Part shown: one piece after another, positions 8,001-16,600 of the stretch
How positions within the stretch are numbered: position 1 is the stretch's first letter
How the letters are laid out: every line of letters begins with the position of its first letter
Program-made: the position numbers and the translations under genes
Assembly: GCA_017650345.1 (NCBI GenBank)
Contig: JAGCFB010000070.1
Coordinates: 1-57,111 of the forward strand
DNA length: 57,111 bases
Direction: 5' to 3'
Origin: Kiritimatiellia bacterium
Lineage (GTDB): Bacteria > Verrucomicrobiota > Kiritimatiellia > RFP12 > UBA1067
The notes under the pieces: generated by a model
The model's database searches: none
What the model was told of the DNA's origin: nothing
The model's input: only the letters and a program-made list of their open reading frames with translations

Positions 8001-10466
8001 CGCGAGGGAGCGAGCGCCTACGAGGGCATCGACCTCTGGATCCAGGACGGCACGTCCGAGGTCCGCTTCCCGATGGAGCTCGTTGGCGACCGCCAGTGGC
8101 GCGGATTCTACCCGACGACGAACGACACGGAGAAGACCGTCAAGTTCTGGTTCGAGGGACGCGCCAGGCAGGAGGACGGCGCGCTCGTTTACAACGCGGA
8201 CTCCGTCGGGCTCTTCTGCACGAAGGACGTCGAATCCGTCCCCGTGAACCTCACCGTCGAGGAGGAGGGCGGCGTCGAGCGAGAACTCGCGATCCCCGCG
8301 AAGCCCACGGCGAACTACATGGTCTTCCTCCTCAACGAGAAGGTACGCACGCTCTCGATCGCCAACGCGGACAGGCAGAACTTCGACTGCTGGTCCGCCT
8401 CCCGCCGCGAGACCCCGGACAAGTTCTACACCTCCTTCTACGAGACGAACTCCACCGCGACCATCCACTCGCGCATGCCGGAGTCGGAGGACGACAACTG
8501 CATCGAATACTTCACCCTCTCCTCCGCCACGAACAAGAACTGGCGCGAGTCGTTCTCCCTTTCCGGCGGACAGTCCGCCGTCGGCTATCCGATAGGCGAG
8601 AGCTTCCGCACAGAGACGACGCCCGAGAGCGCCTGGACGGCCGAGTTCGGCGCGTGGGCGCCCCAGAAGTACGGCGTCACGAACGCGACGGACTTCGCGC
8701 TCGAGATGAAGGGCCAGACGCTCGGAACGCTGATCTACAGCCGCAACAGCGACCTCGACCACGAGGCGCCGAACGGACTCGAGTCCATCTCCTTCAAGGC
8801 GAGGCTGTCGCAGCTGATGCGCTACCAGGACATCTCGTACAGCAACTACGGACTCGTTGACAACACGACTCTCACCAACTGCACGATCGCCGCGCAGGTG
8901 GCGGTCGATCCGACAGTCGGCCTCGACGGGTTCGACGGCGACGGCTCGATCTCCCTCGTCCTCGGCTACATGCCCGGACAGGGCTGCTACGAATACCGCG
9001 TGACGATCGACAACGTCGTCTCCAACGCCTTCGTCCAGGATTCCACGCAGGCGCTGACGGCCCGCTGCCGCCATGCGATCTACAAGTGGTACTACGACGA
9101 GAACGACGACGAGTACGTCGCCAAGGAGCTGTACTCGACGTTCGGCGACGCGACCTGGGGAACCGGCAACGGCGCGGCCTGGTGCTGGAAGGCGAACGTC
9201 GGCGACGACTCGACCGGAAGGAGCAAGATCGGCAGCCAGCTGCACATGTGCATGGGCGGCGACGGCTACTCCGGCATGTTCTTCTCCATAAGCAACGGCC
9301 TGAACAGGGTTTACCTCACCGGCGGCGTCACGGGCGGATCGGACAACAAGTCCGCCGGCGCCGAGGCGTTCACCTACGAGAACAAGGACTTCTGCATCAT
9401 CGCCGTCGAGGACCACATCGGGGACGACGGCTCGCCGATCTGGAACAAGGGCACGTACGGCTACATAACCAAGAACTGCCCGGCGCAGATCCTCTATCCG
9501 CGCGTCTATGAGCGCACCTCCGTCGCCCCGCTCGACACGGCCAGGGCCGAGGCGGGCGGACTCTACTGGACGACGAACGTTCCGCTCATCGCGGAGAGCG
9601 GCTACCACGCGGCCAGGACGGACGACATGGTGTTCCATCCGCGCCGCCTCGTCCCGTACTCCTACAACGAGCTGTGGGGATATGCCGCGGACACGAACGC
9701 CTACCAGACCGTTGACGTCTATATCCAGCCCATCAACGGCGGCGTCGAGGGCAACTGGTCGCTGGTCACGAAGGAGCTCGTCAGCTCCTTCCGCCTCGCC
9801 CCGTTCAGGCTTGACCTCCAGCTGGCGCAGACCTGCAACGTCAAGTTCCAGACGGGCGACTCCTCCACTGCCATCGTGATCGACGAGGCCACGCTCAGCC
9901 AATGGTGCGGCTCCAGCGGATCGCAGGACGGCTACGGCGAGGCGTACGCGAGGGACCCGGACACCTTCTGCTACTACGTTTCCTGGATATCCAACAAGGT
10001 CGTCCGTTCGCAGTCCGGCACGACGAGGAAGAAGGTGGCCGTGCTCGCGCCGCGCAGGGCGTCGTCCGCAAGGTCGGCCCTCGCCGTCCGCTCGCCCTTC
10101 ATGGAGGGCCTAGGGTCCGTCACGTTCTCCTACGAGGACGCCTACCCCGGCGCGCAGGTCCTCGTCCAGTGGTGCGCCTGCGACTACATGAGCATGGGCG
10201 ACAAGAGCTTCGAGCCGGCGGACTCCCCGGACTGGGAGACGATAGCGAGCTTCACGTTCGACGCCAGCGAGCGGAAGGGCACCCGCACCGTCCACCTCGG
10301 AAAGCGCGCCCCCGTTACGGGAGCCTTCCGCGTCGCGATCCCGCAGGACGTCGTCGCGCAGGCGCTGGAGGACGACACGCTCACGGAGACCCCCGAGTGG
10401 ATGTCCGTCTCCATAACCGACATGTTCTGCATCGACGAGCCGGCGTTCGATTCGCGCTCCTGGTAG
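5052..10466 (+). CDS. Giant secreted protein (1,804 aa) with an N-terminal DUF2341-like domain and a LamG/concanavalin-like domain
   Basis: Signal peptide MSLMKRALAALAAAFLATAAEAAA. DUF2341-like FRYFVDLDIAGY...GFPLLVRV...IFWVRLPSL...KWWFYGG lies at about 5124-5415. A LamG-like region (FIGVWHMGD...FTLSMWLSF...VYVNGEKAG...IYDEIRYS) lies at about 5440-6140. The N-terminal extension from 4929 shown in the track is rejected. The gene ends at TAG 10464-10466, and the next ORF is in the same frame. Confidence 0.8.
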   Translation: MSLMKRALAALAAAFLATAAEAAAFRYFVDLDIAGYEGKEELSGFPLLVRVSEAAVPGFRYADVTAHGGAGAVRFFTEDGEQLPSECEYWNTSGESIFWVRLPSLTPIGTKIRMKWWFYGGGTLEDSDSAGVWSDFIGVWHMGDSVDATEALNGKVARDSTAHGLDAVPQRGANGNLSLMVSKDGPVGLARVNQSNNQLKGNQFVVPYDRVMDVGSSFTLSMWLSFTGYDTASPCIVSTKRNKASSEVTEEDTPGWAVSLRKSNYWNQLQLRGSGDLAPYVTVSDSPVRNRGFLRYDLVYSGSRVLVYVNGEKAGEETVNAVASSGAPLRFGNNTNETCSVNGIYDEIRYSKGAMSADWIAADYAQQKAGGGYVSFGTLCAGESLFWSEDPSITPSVWHPGEAATVQVRARALSDGDDVPWRLKFTNLVTGETSDKVPDAIGSYEALFYVPRSSLERSIHVDVINETPVAVTGSDRVLVFSRDVETVPEAPVEDDQTCGNVNPANSVYWKYLNDDEPGEGSQPLLQPGTVFELWTGEAAGEDAGRRLWRFEQCRLGNTFNNKANTGAVDGEQNYLPVSTKASRFNAADRTASQYRHGGTVMLRNTKSAGVYSPCYEDGIGTIYFDAVNGWVAYPNNIVVEVCTGVKPLNAEGNGVVGNIPETDDDGVNLPPTDGNCGYTDEDGIEHPFGRCIWTQVAVHRYVVSGGAIDTYLSGDIEADDADGIPLDCTVGGATDNWFRIRAGALNIRVPARFRIRRLDSGSNYYDASTEASVLDGEGLVILDNLICTMPAATIGLSQFGAYRNDTDPGKDDQSRRALGQVGAFSVAFPSWSETNLVGRAKATYEGYTNIVSNVEGLDIGDGSGMVTTMRMDWRWRRLDQSFSQWEAIYMRPKEGLPEVWETLKPLKITDDDGEPLYGEGDIEYRVQAIVDGPFGVFADYTDLAVGVGGYSERIGTVDCENGGSYNTLVGTCGIVKDSTFVRLREGASAYEGIDLWIQDGTSEVRFPMELVGDRQWRGFYPTTNDTEKTVKFWFEGRARQEDGALVYNADSVGLFCTKDVESVPVNLTVEEEGGVERELAIPAKPTANYMVFLLNEKVRTLSIANADRQNFDCWSASRRETPDKFYTSFYETNSTATIHSRMPESEDDNCIEYFTLSSATNKNWRESFSLSGGQSAVGYPIGESFRTETTPESAWTAEFGAWAPQKYGVTNATDFALEMKGQTLGTLIYSRNSDLDHEAPNGLESISFKARLSQLMRYQDISYSNYGLVDNTTLTNCTIAAQVAVDPTVGLDGFDGDGSISLVLGYMPGQGCYEYRVTIDNVVSNAFVQDSTQALTARCRHAIYKWYYDENDDEYVAKELYSTFGDATWGTGNGAAWCWKANVGDDSTGRSKIGSQLHMCMGGDGYSGMFFSISNGLNRVYLTGGVTGGSDNKSAGAEAFTYENKDFCIIAVEDHIGDDGSPIWNKGTYGYITKNCPAQILYPRVYERTSVAPLDTARAEAGGLYWTTNVPLIAESGYHAARTDDMVFHPRRLVPYSYNELWGYAADTNAYQTVDVYIQPINGGVEGNWSLVTKELVSSFRLAPFRLDLQLAQTCNVKFQTGDSSTAIVIDEATLSQWCGSSGSQDGYGEAYARDPDTFCYYVSWISNKVVRSQSGTTRKKVAVLAPRRASSARSALAVRSPFMEGLGSVTFSYEDAYPGAQVLVQWCACDYMSMGDKSFEPADSPDWETIASFTFDASERKGTRTVHLGKRAPVTGAFRVAIPQDVVAQALEDDTLTETPEWMSVSITDMFCIDEPAFDSRSW

Positions 10467-10547
10467 GGCTGGAACTTCCTCACGACAGGCTGGAACGCCG
10501 GAAGCTCCGGCGAGTACGGCTCGATCCGCGACGGCGGGCTAGGCGGC

Positions 10548-13241
10548 GTGGGCGTCCTCAACTCGACGGCCCTCGACGAGTCCACCCTCGAAACCGGCAA
10601 CAGCGAGGACTACATCTCAAACAACCCGTTCTTCCAGTCCCCGACGTTCACCACGAACTGGATCGGCGAGATCTCCTTCAGGGCGCGCGCCTACGACGGC
10701 GACGGACCCAGCTGCCTCACGGTCTGGGCGGCGCGCGAGGGCGCGACGACCACAGGCGAGGACTGGATCGCGCTCACGAACATCATCGTGTCCGGCCGCG
10801 AGTACCGCCGCGTCGTGGTGAAGTGCATGGACGACGACCGCTACGCCGCGATCAGGATCGGTGTCGCCAACGCAGAGGGCGTGACAGGCGAGTTCAAGCT
10901 CGATCCCGCCGCCAAGGAGGACATGCCCGACGCCCCGACCCGCGTCGTGATCGACGACGTCGTCGTCACGGAGCGCGGCTTCCCGGAGATCGGCTTCCGC
11001 ATCGACTTCGCGCGTCCGTTCCGACTCGGACTCTCCGACCGCACGGCCGTCGAGGACATCGACACCGGCATGGAGCAGCCGCTCCTCGACGAGCAGTTCG
11101 GCTTCCAGGCCGAGGTCCTCATCGGCGGCGCGAGCGAGGAGATCGACCTCTCCATCACACCGAAGGTCTATGTCAGCTACTACCCGGCCAAGGAGCCTTG
11201 GGGCTACAAGAACTGGAAGGACCTTCCCGAAGCGTTCCTCCGCATAGAGCTTCCGCCGGCCGAGGGGACGAACCTCGTCTATCGCTCGATGCCCGAGAAC
11301 CCCGACACCTACGTCATGCCGCAGCCGATGCTCGACGACGAGAACTACGGACTCGTCCAGTACTTCCTCGAAGTGCGCTACTGGAAGTACGGCGAAACCG
11401 AGTCCGACGCCGGACACTGGGCGTCCATCAACGCGACCCAGTGGCGCATGCCCACATGGGACGAGGGCTTCGAAGACCCCAACGGCGTGGAAGGCGCCGC
11501 GTTCTCGCCGTTCACGCTTCTCGATTCCGTCTCGCCGGGCCGCGCCTGGATCAACGAGGTCAACTACACGGCCATCGGCGACGACTCCTATACGGACCAG
11601 GAGAAGCAGTTCATCGAGGTCTGCTTCCCGGGCGGAAGCGACATGACCGGCTGGCGCGTGTACCGCTACAGGCGCATGTCGAGTGCGACGGACTTCATGA
11701 AGCAGGACTTCATGTTCATGTTCGGCGCGGACGGCGTGCCCGCCACGAAGCAGATCGGCGAGTCCCATCCCGTCTATGCGTTCGTCGCCGTCAAGGATCC
11801 GTCCTCCAGCGTCGATGAGGCGGACGCCGACTGGAACGACGAAGTGTCGAGCTGCGCCCGCACCAAGAGCTACGGCTTCCAGCTCGTGAGGCCCACCGGC
11901 GTCATCGAGCAGCAGATCGTCGTCCAGGGTCTGCACAACCCGAACGACCGCAACTCGAAGTACGAGGCCGGAACCAACGTCGTGAGGGTTCTCAACGAGT
12001 TGTTCGAGGACTATACGGAGAAGAAGTGGGACTACGTCGGCGTGGACACCAACGTCGCCGGAAGGTCCGTCGGCGTTTACCAGAACGCCGGCCAGCTGCT
12101 TGGCGACTGGAACAGCTGGATGCACTTCACGCCAGGCCTCCTCAACGAGGACCAGACCATACCCGACGACTGGTACATCCCCGCCACGGGCATGAACCTC
12201 TGGCTCAGCGTCACGACCGGTCCGAACGTCTGGATCGTCGGCGCGGGCGGGCCCGTCTCCGCCGCGTCCTTCGTGGTCCCCGAGGGACAGAGCACCAACC
12301 TCGTCTTCGAGGTCTCCCCGTGGTACAAGCTCGGCTCGCTCCTCCTCGACGGGACGACGGAGGCCATAGCGGACGCCGTTCGCACTGCGGAGGAGGCGTC
12401 CGTCGCCGGACGCTCCGTCTGGACGTACGAGTACGTCAATCCGGGCGTCAACAAGGGGACCGTGCTAGCCAGCGCCGCGATCGACGATTCCGTCCTCGTG
12501 CGCGGCGACCTCGATCCGGACGATCCCTACACGCCCGCGATCATGGACTGGCTCCTCAAGGGCTCGCTCGACGGCACGTGGGAGGGGACCGAGATCTCGA
12601 CGAACTGCTGGCACTGGGGCATTCACTCCTCGCACGAGAGCGGCACGAACGTCACGCTGAAGGGACGCTACTGGCTCGACATAGACCCGACCTCCGACAG
12701 GTGGGACGTCCGCACCGGATACACCAAGACGGCGATGCCCATCTACCGTCCGGCGTCGGACGGATACTGGCCGGAGTCCGTCACCAACACGCGCATGACG
12801 GTCTTCGTAATGATCTCCAACAAGATCGACAACGCCGAGTCGTATCCGCCGTACCGCCTCCAGGGTCTCGGCGGCGAGAGGAGCGACGAGGTCGGGCCGT
12901 TCGCCTGGACGAGCGTCACGTTCCAGGTCCAGGCAGCGCTCAAGTACAACGGGAGCAGCGGCTACATAGACGTCAGCGGCAACTTCTATCCTCTCAGGCA
13001 GTTCGTCTTCGACAACGACAGCTTCGGCGCGCCCGGCTCGCCGCATCCCTTCCAGGCGAGCATCGAGATCCTCGACAACAGGTCCACAACCTCGCCCGGC
13101 TACGGCTACGGATGGACGCCCGAGCTGACGCCCAAGGGCGGAGAGGACCTCTACTGGAGGTTTAGGATAGACGAGAGGACCTTCAGGCAGTCGCCCGACA
13201 TGCTGAAGATGGTCGATACGTGGGATGGAGGCTGGCAGTGA
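10548..13241 (+). CDS. Large secreted/surface protein segment with a lamin-tail-domain (LTD)-like region; possibly the C-terminal continuation of 5052-10466
   Basis: Same frame as the upstream gene (both start coordinates are divisible by 3). There is no ATG or convincing RBS between TAG 10466 and GTG 10548. The LTD-like motif GRAWINEVNYTAIGDD...QFIEVCFPGGSDMTGWRVY lies at about 11538-11670. Protein-like sequence continues straight through 10467-10547. Confidence 0.65.
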   Translation: MGVLNSTALDESTLETGNSEDYISNNPFFQSPTFTTNWIGEISFRARAYDGDGPSCLTVWAAREGATTTGEDWIALTNIIVSGREYRRVVVKCMDDDRYAAIRIGVANAEGVTGEFKLDPAAKEDMPDAPTRVVIDDVVVTERGFPEIGFRIDFARPFRLGLSDRTAVEDIDTGMEQPLLDEQFGFQAEVLIGGASEEIDLSITPKVYVSYYPAKEPWGYKNWKDLPEAFLRIELPPAEGTNLVYRSMPENPDTYVMPQPMLDDENYGLVQYFLEVRYWKYGETESDAGHWASINATQWRMPTWDEGFEDPNGVEGAAFSPFTLLDSVSPGRAWINEVNYTAIGDDSYTDQEKQFIEVCFPGGSDMTGWRVYRYRRMSSATDFMKQDFMFMFGADGVPATKQIGESHPVYAFVAVKDPSSSVDEADADWNDEVSSCARTKSYGFQLVRPTGVIEQQIVVQGLHNPNDRNSKYEAGTNVVRVLNELFEDYTEKKWDYVGVDTNVAGRSVGVYQNAGQLLGDWNSWMHFTPGLLNEDQTIPDDWYIPATGMNLWLSVTTGPNVWIVGAGGPVSAASFVVPEGQSTNLVFEVSPWYKLGSLLLDGTTEAIADAVRTAEEASVAGRSVWTYEYVNPGVNKGTVLASAAIDDSVLVRGDLDPDDPYTPAIMDWLLKGSLDGTWEGTEISTNCWHWGIHSSHESGTNVTLKGRYWLDIDPTSDRWDVRTGYTKTAMPIYRPASDGYWPESVTNTRMTVFVMISNKIDNAESYPPYRLQGLGGERSDEVGPFAWTSVTFQVQAALKYNGSSGYIDVSGNFYPLRQFVFDNDSFGAPGSPHPFQASIEILDNRSTTSPGYGYGWTPELTPKGGEDLYWRFRIDERTFRQSPDMLKMVDTWDGGWQ

Positions 13242-13612
13242 TGACGAGGCTTGCATACCGCGCCGCCGCCGCGCTCGTGATCGCCGCGCTCCTCGCAGGA
13301 TGCGGCGACGACGCGCAGCAGCCGCAGTCCGCGCCCGCCGCCGCGCCCGCGCCTGTCGCCGCCGCGCCGGAACTCTCGGCGGCGGCGATCGCGAAGCCGA
13401 TGGACGAGCAGGTGGCGCTCGAGAGGCGCGCCGGGGAGCTGGCGGCGAAGCTTGAGTCGATGTCGGAAGACGATCCGTCCCGCGGGGAGGTCCTCGCGGA
13501 GGTGGAGCGTCTAAGGAGGGAAATCGGCAGGGCCAACGCGGCCAGGCTGAAAAGGGACGCCGAAGAGGCGAAACGTTTGATTTTGGAACAAAGAAGAGGT
13601 GGTGCAAAATGA
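13241..13612 (+). CDS. Small coiled-coil lipoprotein (module 2), paralogue-like to 4606-5055
   Basis: MTRLAYRAAAALVIAALLAGCGDD has a lipobox LAGC. It is followed by ALERRAGELAAKLESMSEDDPSRGEVLAEVERLRREI, which shares ERRA...(E/D)DP...E...L with the first lipoprotein. The start overlaps the upstream stop (TGATG, 13239-13243) and the stop overlaps the next start (ATGA, 13609-13612). Confidence 0.7.
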   Translation: MTRLAYRAAAALVIAALLAGCGDDAQQPQSAPAAAPAPVAAAPELSAAAIAKPMDEQVALERRAGELAAKLESMSEDDPSRGEVLAEVERLRREIGRANAARLKRDAEEAKRLILEQRRGGAK

Positions 13613-16600
13613 TGAGGAAACTCGCAAAATCCGCATTGGTTGCAATTGCGCTCGGAGCGGCGACGGCCGCATCCGCCGGAGACATAATCTCCATTGACGC
13701 GTTGCACGGACCCGTCTATGCCGCTTTGAACGGCGGCAAGTCGTATCCCAACCCGGACAATCCGCTCTCCATCGGCGAGACGCTGTCGATCCGCGTGCGT
13801 CTCATCAATGCGGACCGCGGAGAGTCCCAGGACGCCCACCCGTGGGTGTTGACGGGCACGTCCTCCATGATGCCGGAGCTCGGCCTCTCCATCGGAGGCG
13901 TCGTCCGCTGGGCGCAGCTCGTTTCGTGCGAGCCGGCGGCAACGACGACGAAGAACAGCCAGCACTACTTCACGGACCTCATCTTCCAGTACACGGTCAG
14001 GCCGGGCGACCTCGCCCAGCCCGTGGGACTGCTGAACGAGAGCCTTGTCGAGGCGGAGGACGGAACCTCCTACGCCATCAACATGCCCTCGGGCCTGTCG
14101 CTGCTCGGCGAGGACGAGAACCTGACCGAAGGGTACAGGGAGGTAGTCTGGTCCTACTGCAGCAACGGCGAGGTCAACGACATGAAGGCCTACTATCCGC
14201 CCAAGGCCGGCGTTGACGAATCCGGCGTGCCGACGTCGGACAAGCTCCTCCACGGCAAGAGCGTTTACGTGAAGACCATCGACTTCGACTCCAACTACGT
14301 TGACAGCGGCGACGAGACCGATCCCTGGATCTGGCGCACCATCCACAAGGACTCCACCAAGACCACCAGGTGGGGCAACCCCAGCGTGGTCGTTGACGCG
14401 AACGCCGACTACTCCTCGACCGAGACGGGATACGCCACCATGTACGTCTGGTCCGAGAACGAGATGATAATCGTCCCCGTCGGCGAGACCCAGACGCGCG
14501 AGATCGACGGCGTTGACCGCAAGGTCCTTCCCGTCAAGATCACCACAGGCGACAAGTCCGTTCCGTTCACGCTCCGCGCCGTCGGTGCGGTCGGCGAGGG
14601 CTGCTGGGTATTCATGAGCTCGGCTCCCCAGAGGGAGTACAGCGCCACCAACGGCGAGCTCAAGAAGAACACAGTCTCCCGCTACGTCAAGGTCGGCGAG
14701 AAGCTGCGTCCGAACATCTCCCTCACGTTCGGCGACAACCAGTGGGCCGACGCCGTCGCGAGCAGCGACTACTCCAACCCCGTCGAGATGTACGTCACGC
14801 TGTCCGACGTGTTCGAGTCGGACGTCACCGTCACGGTCAAGCCGGTCCTCCTGGACGGCGACGGCAACGAGATCGACGTTTACGCCAAGCACGTCATCGG
14901 CACGGACGCCACGGGCGACTCCGGCAACGGATGGCTCAAGAGCGTGACGACGCTCACGTTCTCCGGCGGCGTCGAGACCGAGAAGTCCCTCTTCATCTTC
15001 CCGCTCGGCGCGACGGCCCTCTCGCCCCGCGACAAGGGCGGCATCGAGTTCCGCGTCGAGTCCGTCACCCCGGCCGCCGCGAGCGACTACTTCGTTGACA
15101 GGCCCGTCGCGACGCTCGGCGTCACCGCGCAGAAGCCCGAGGGAACCGCCGCGGAGGATCCATACTCCTTCATCGCCAACAAGGCCCGCGACGTCGAGAT
15201 CGAGGTCGCGGACGGCTTCCGCAACATCCAGCACACGGCCGACGCCGCCGACGTCGCGGCCGCGGGCGACCAGCTCTGGAAGGTTGTCTGGAACTGCAAC
15301 GACGACGACGATCCCGACGCCTGCACGAAGTACACCTGGGAGGGGCTCGTGCCGCAGGAGTCCGTCGCCGATCCCGAGAAGATGGTCCTCGCGCTCACCG
15401 GAGTAAAGTATCCCGACGTCGGCGAGTACGAGTCGGTCGTGACCGTCATCAACCCCGACGGCAAGCAGACGCAGGTCGCGGTAAGCGCCGAGGTCAGCCT
15501 TCCGCGCACCGTCGTCGGCACGCCCGACAGGGAGGACTTCACCTACACCGAAGGCGAAAAGGCGCAGATCACGGTCGAGATCACCAAGAAGGACAACATC
15601 GACGTCTATGCCTACTTCGATCCGATCAACGACGACGCTAAGGACGGACTTAGCTGCGCCAACCTCGCCAAGGTCGGAAACTCCGGCATCGAGATCCCGC
15701 GCGGCAAGACCGTCGCCGTCACCCCGATGACCGTCTCCGTCCTCGACGGAACGAAGACGCCCTCCTTCCGCGTCGTCCTGTCCGACAAGGCCGTCTGGGA
15801 GGCTGACGCGGTTGACGAGACCTCCGTCAGGGAAGGCTACGAGTTCTCCAAGATCACGCTCATCGTGAACAACCGCGAGCCGGAAGGCAAGTCCATGGAG
15901 GTCGGCGGCGGCGCTGTCGCCAACGGCGGAGTCCTCGGCTACTCGCTCCCGATCGACAACAGGGTCACGATCAAGGCCTCCGTCAACGACGTCAAGGCCG
16001 ACCTCAAGCTCTCCAGCACCGTTTCCGACGAGGCGTTCAAGAAGTGGCTTGAGGGCGGACACGACGCCGAGGCCGACGTCGCGGCGATCAACGAGGCCGG
16101 AATATTCCTCACCAAGTTCGTCTTCAAGAACCCGGCCGGACGCCTCCTCGAGGCGGACACGATCGTGGTGCCCGGCGTCAACAAGTCCGGCGTCGTCTCC
16201 GTCCAGCACGAGTTCAACGCGCTCGGCACGAACATAGTCGAGGTCCAGATGCTCGACAAGGACATGTTCCAGGCCCTTATCGACGAGGGCTACACCCGCT
16301 CCGAGATCGTTGACTGGGTCGAGGAGGACGGCGAAGGCCGCTGGGTCGTCGGCATCCAGGACGACCAGTGGGGTCCGAAGTACGTCGTCGGCGTGCCGAT
16401 CTCCGACAAGCCGCACGTCCAGATCGTCCCGCGCAACATCTACACCTCGCCCAACGGACAGAACGGATGGAACGAGGACAGGGCCGGCGCGGACTACGGC
16501 TTCAACATCACGCTCTCCGACCCCGCGCCCCGGCGCCTCCAGGTCAAGGTGACGCTCGAGCGCACGGCGAACACGGCCGTCACGGACATCAAGAAGCTCG

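Noticed and set aside
5712-9902. 1,396-aa minus-strand ORF opposite the 5052-10466 gene. The same applies to 33865-37326, 40956-43001, 52777-54981, 37541-39289, 28101-29339, 46238-47629 and others.
   Set aside because: All are mirror or shadow frames of GC-rich + genes. The frame arithmetic shows codon alignment for the long ones. None has a recognisable motif, and the + strand products are clear homologues (secretin, Rho, KpsF and others).
10464-10466. Possibility that TAG is reassigned (sense codon) in this organism
   Set aside because: TAG terminates several well-delimited genes here at the expected protein ends (ackA at 26995, the gene at 3548, the batA-like gene at 52631, the PilO-like gene at 32574). 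Global recoding is therefore unlikely. A local nonsense mutation or readthrough remains possible.
9902-11818. Long + strand alternative-frame ORFs (9902-11818, 8096-8860, 12026-13165, 40424-42178, 53094-54428, 55122-56279 and others)
   Set aside because: These are out-of-frame overlaps within larger, well-supported CDS. Their translations are Arg/Gly/Pro-rich, which is typical of off-frame reading of GC-rich DNA.
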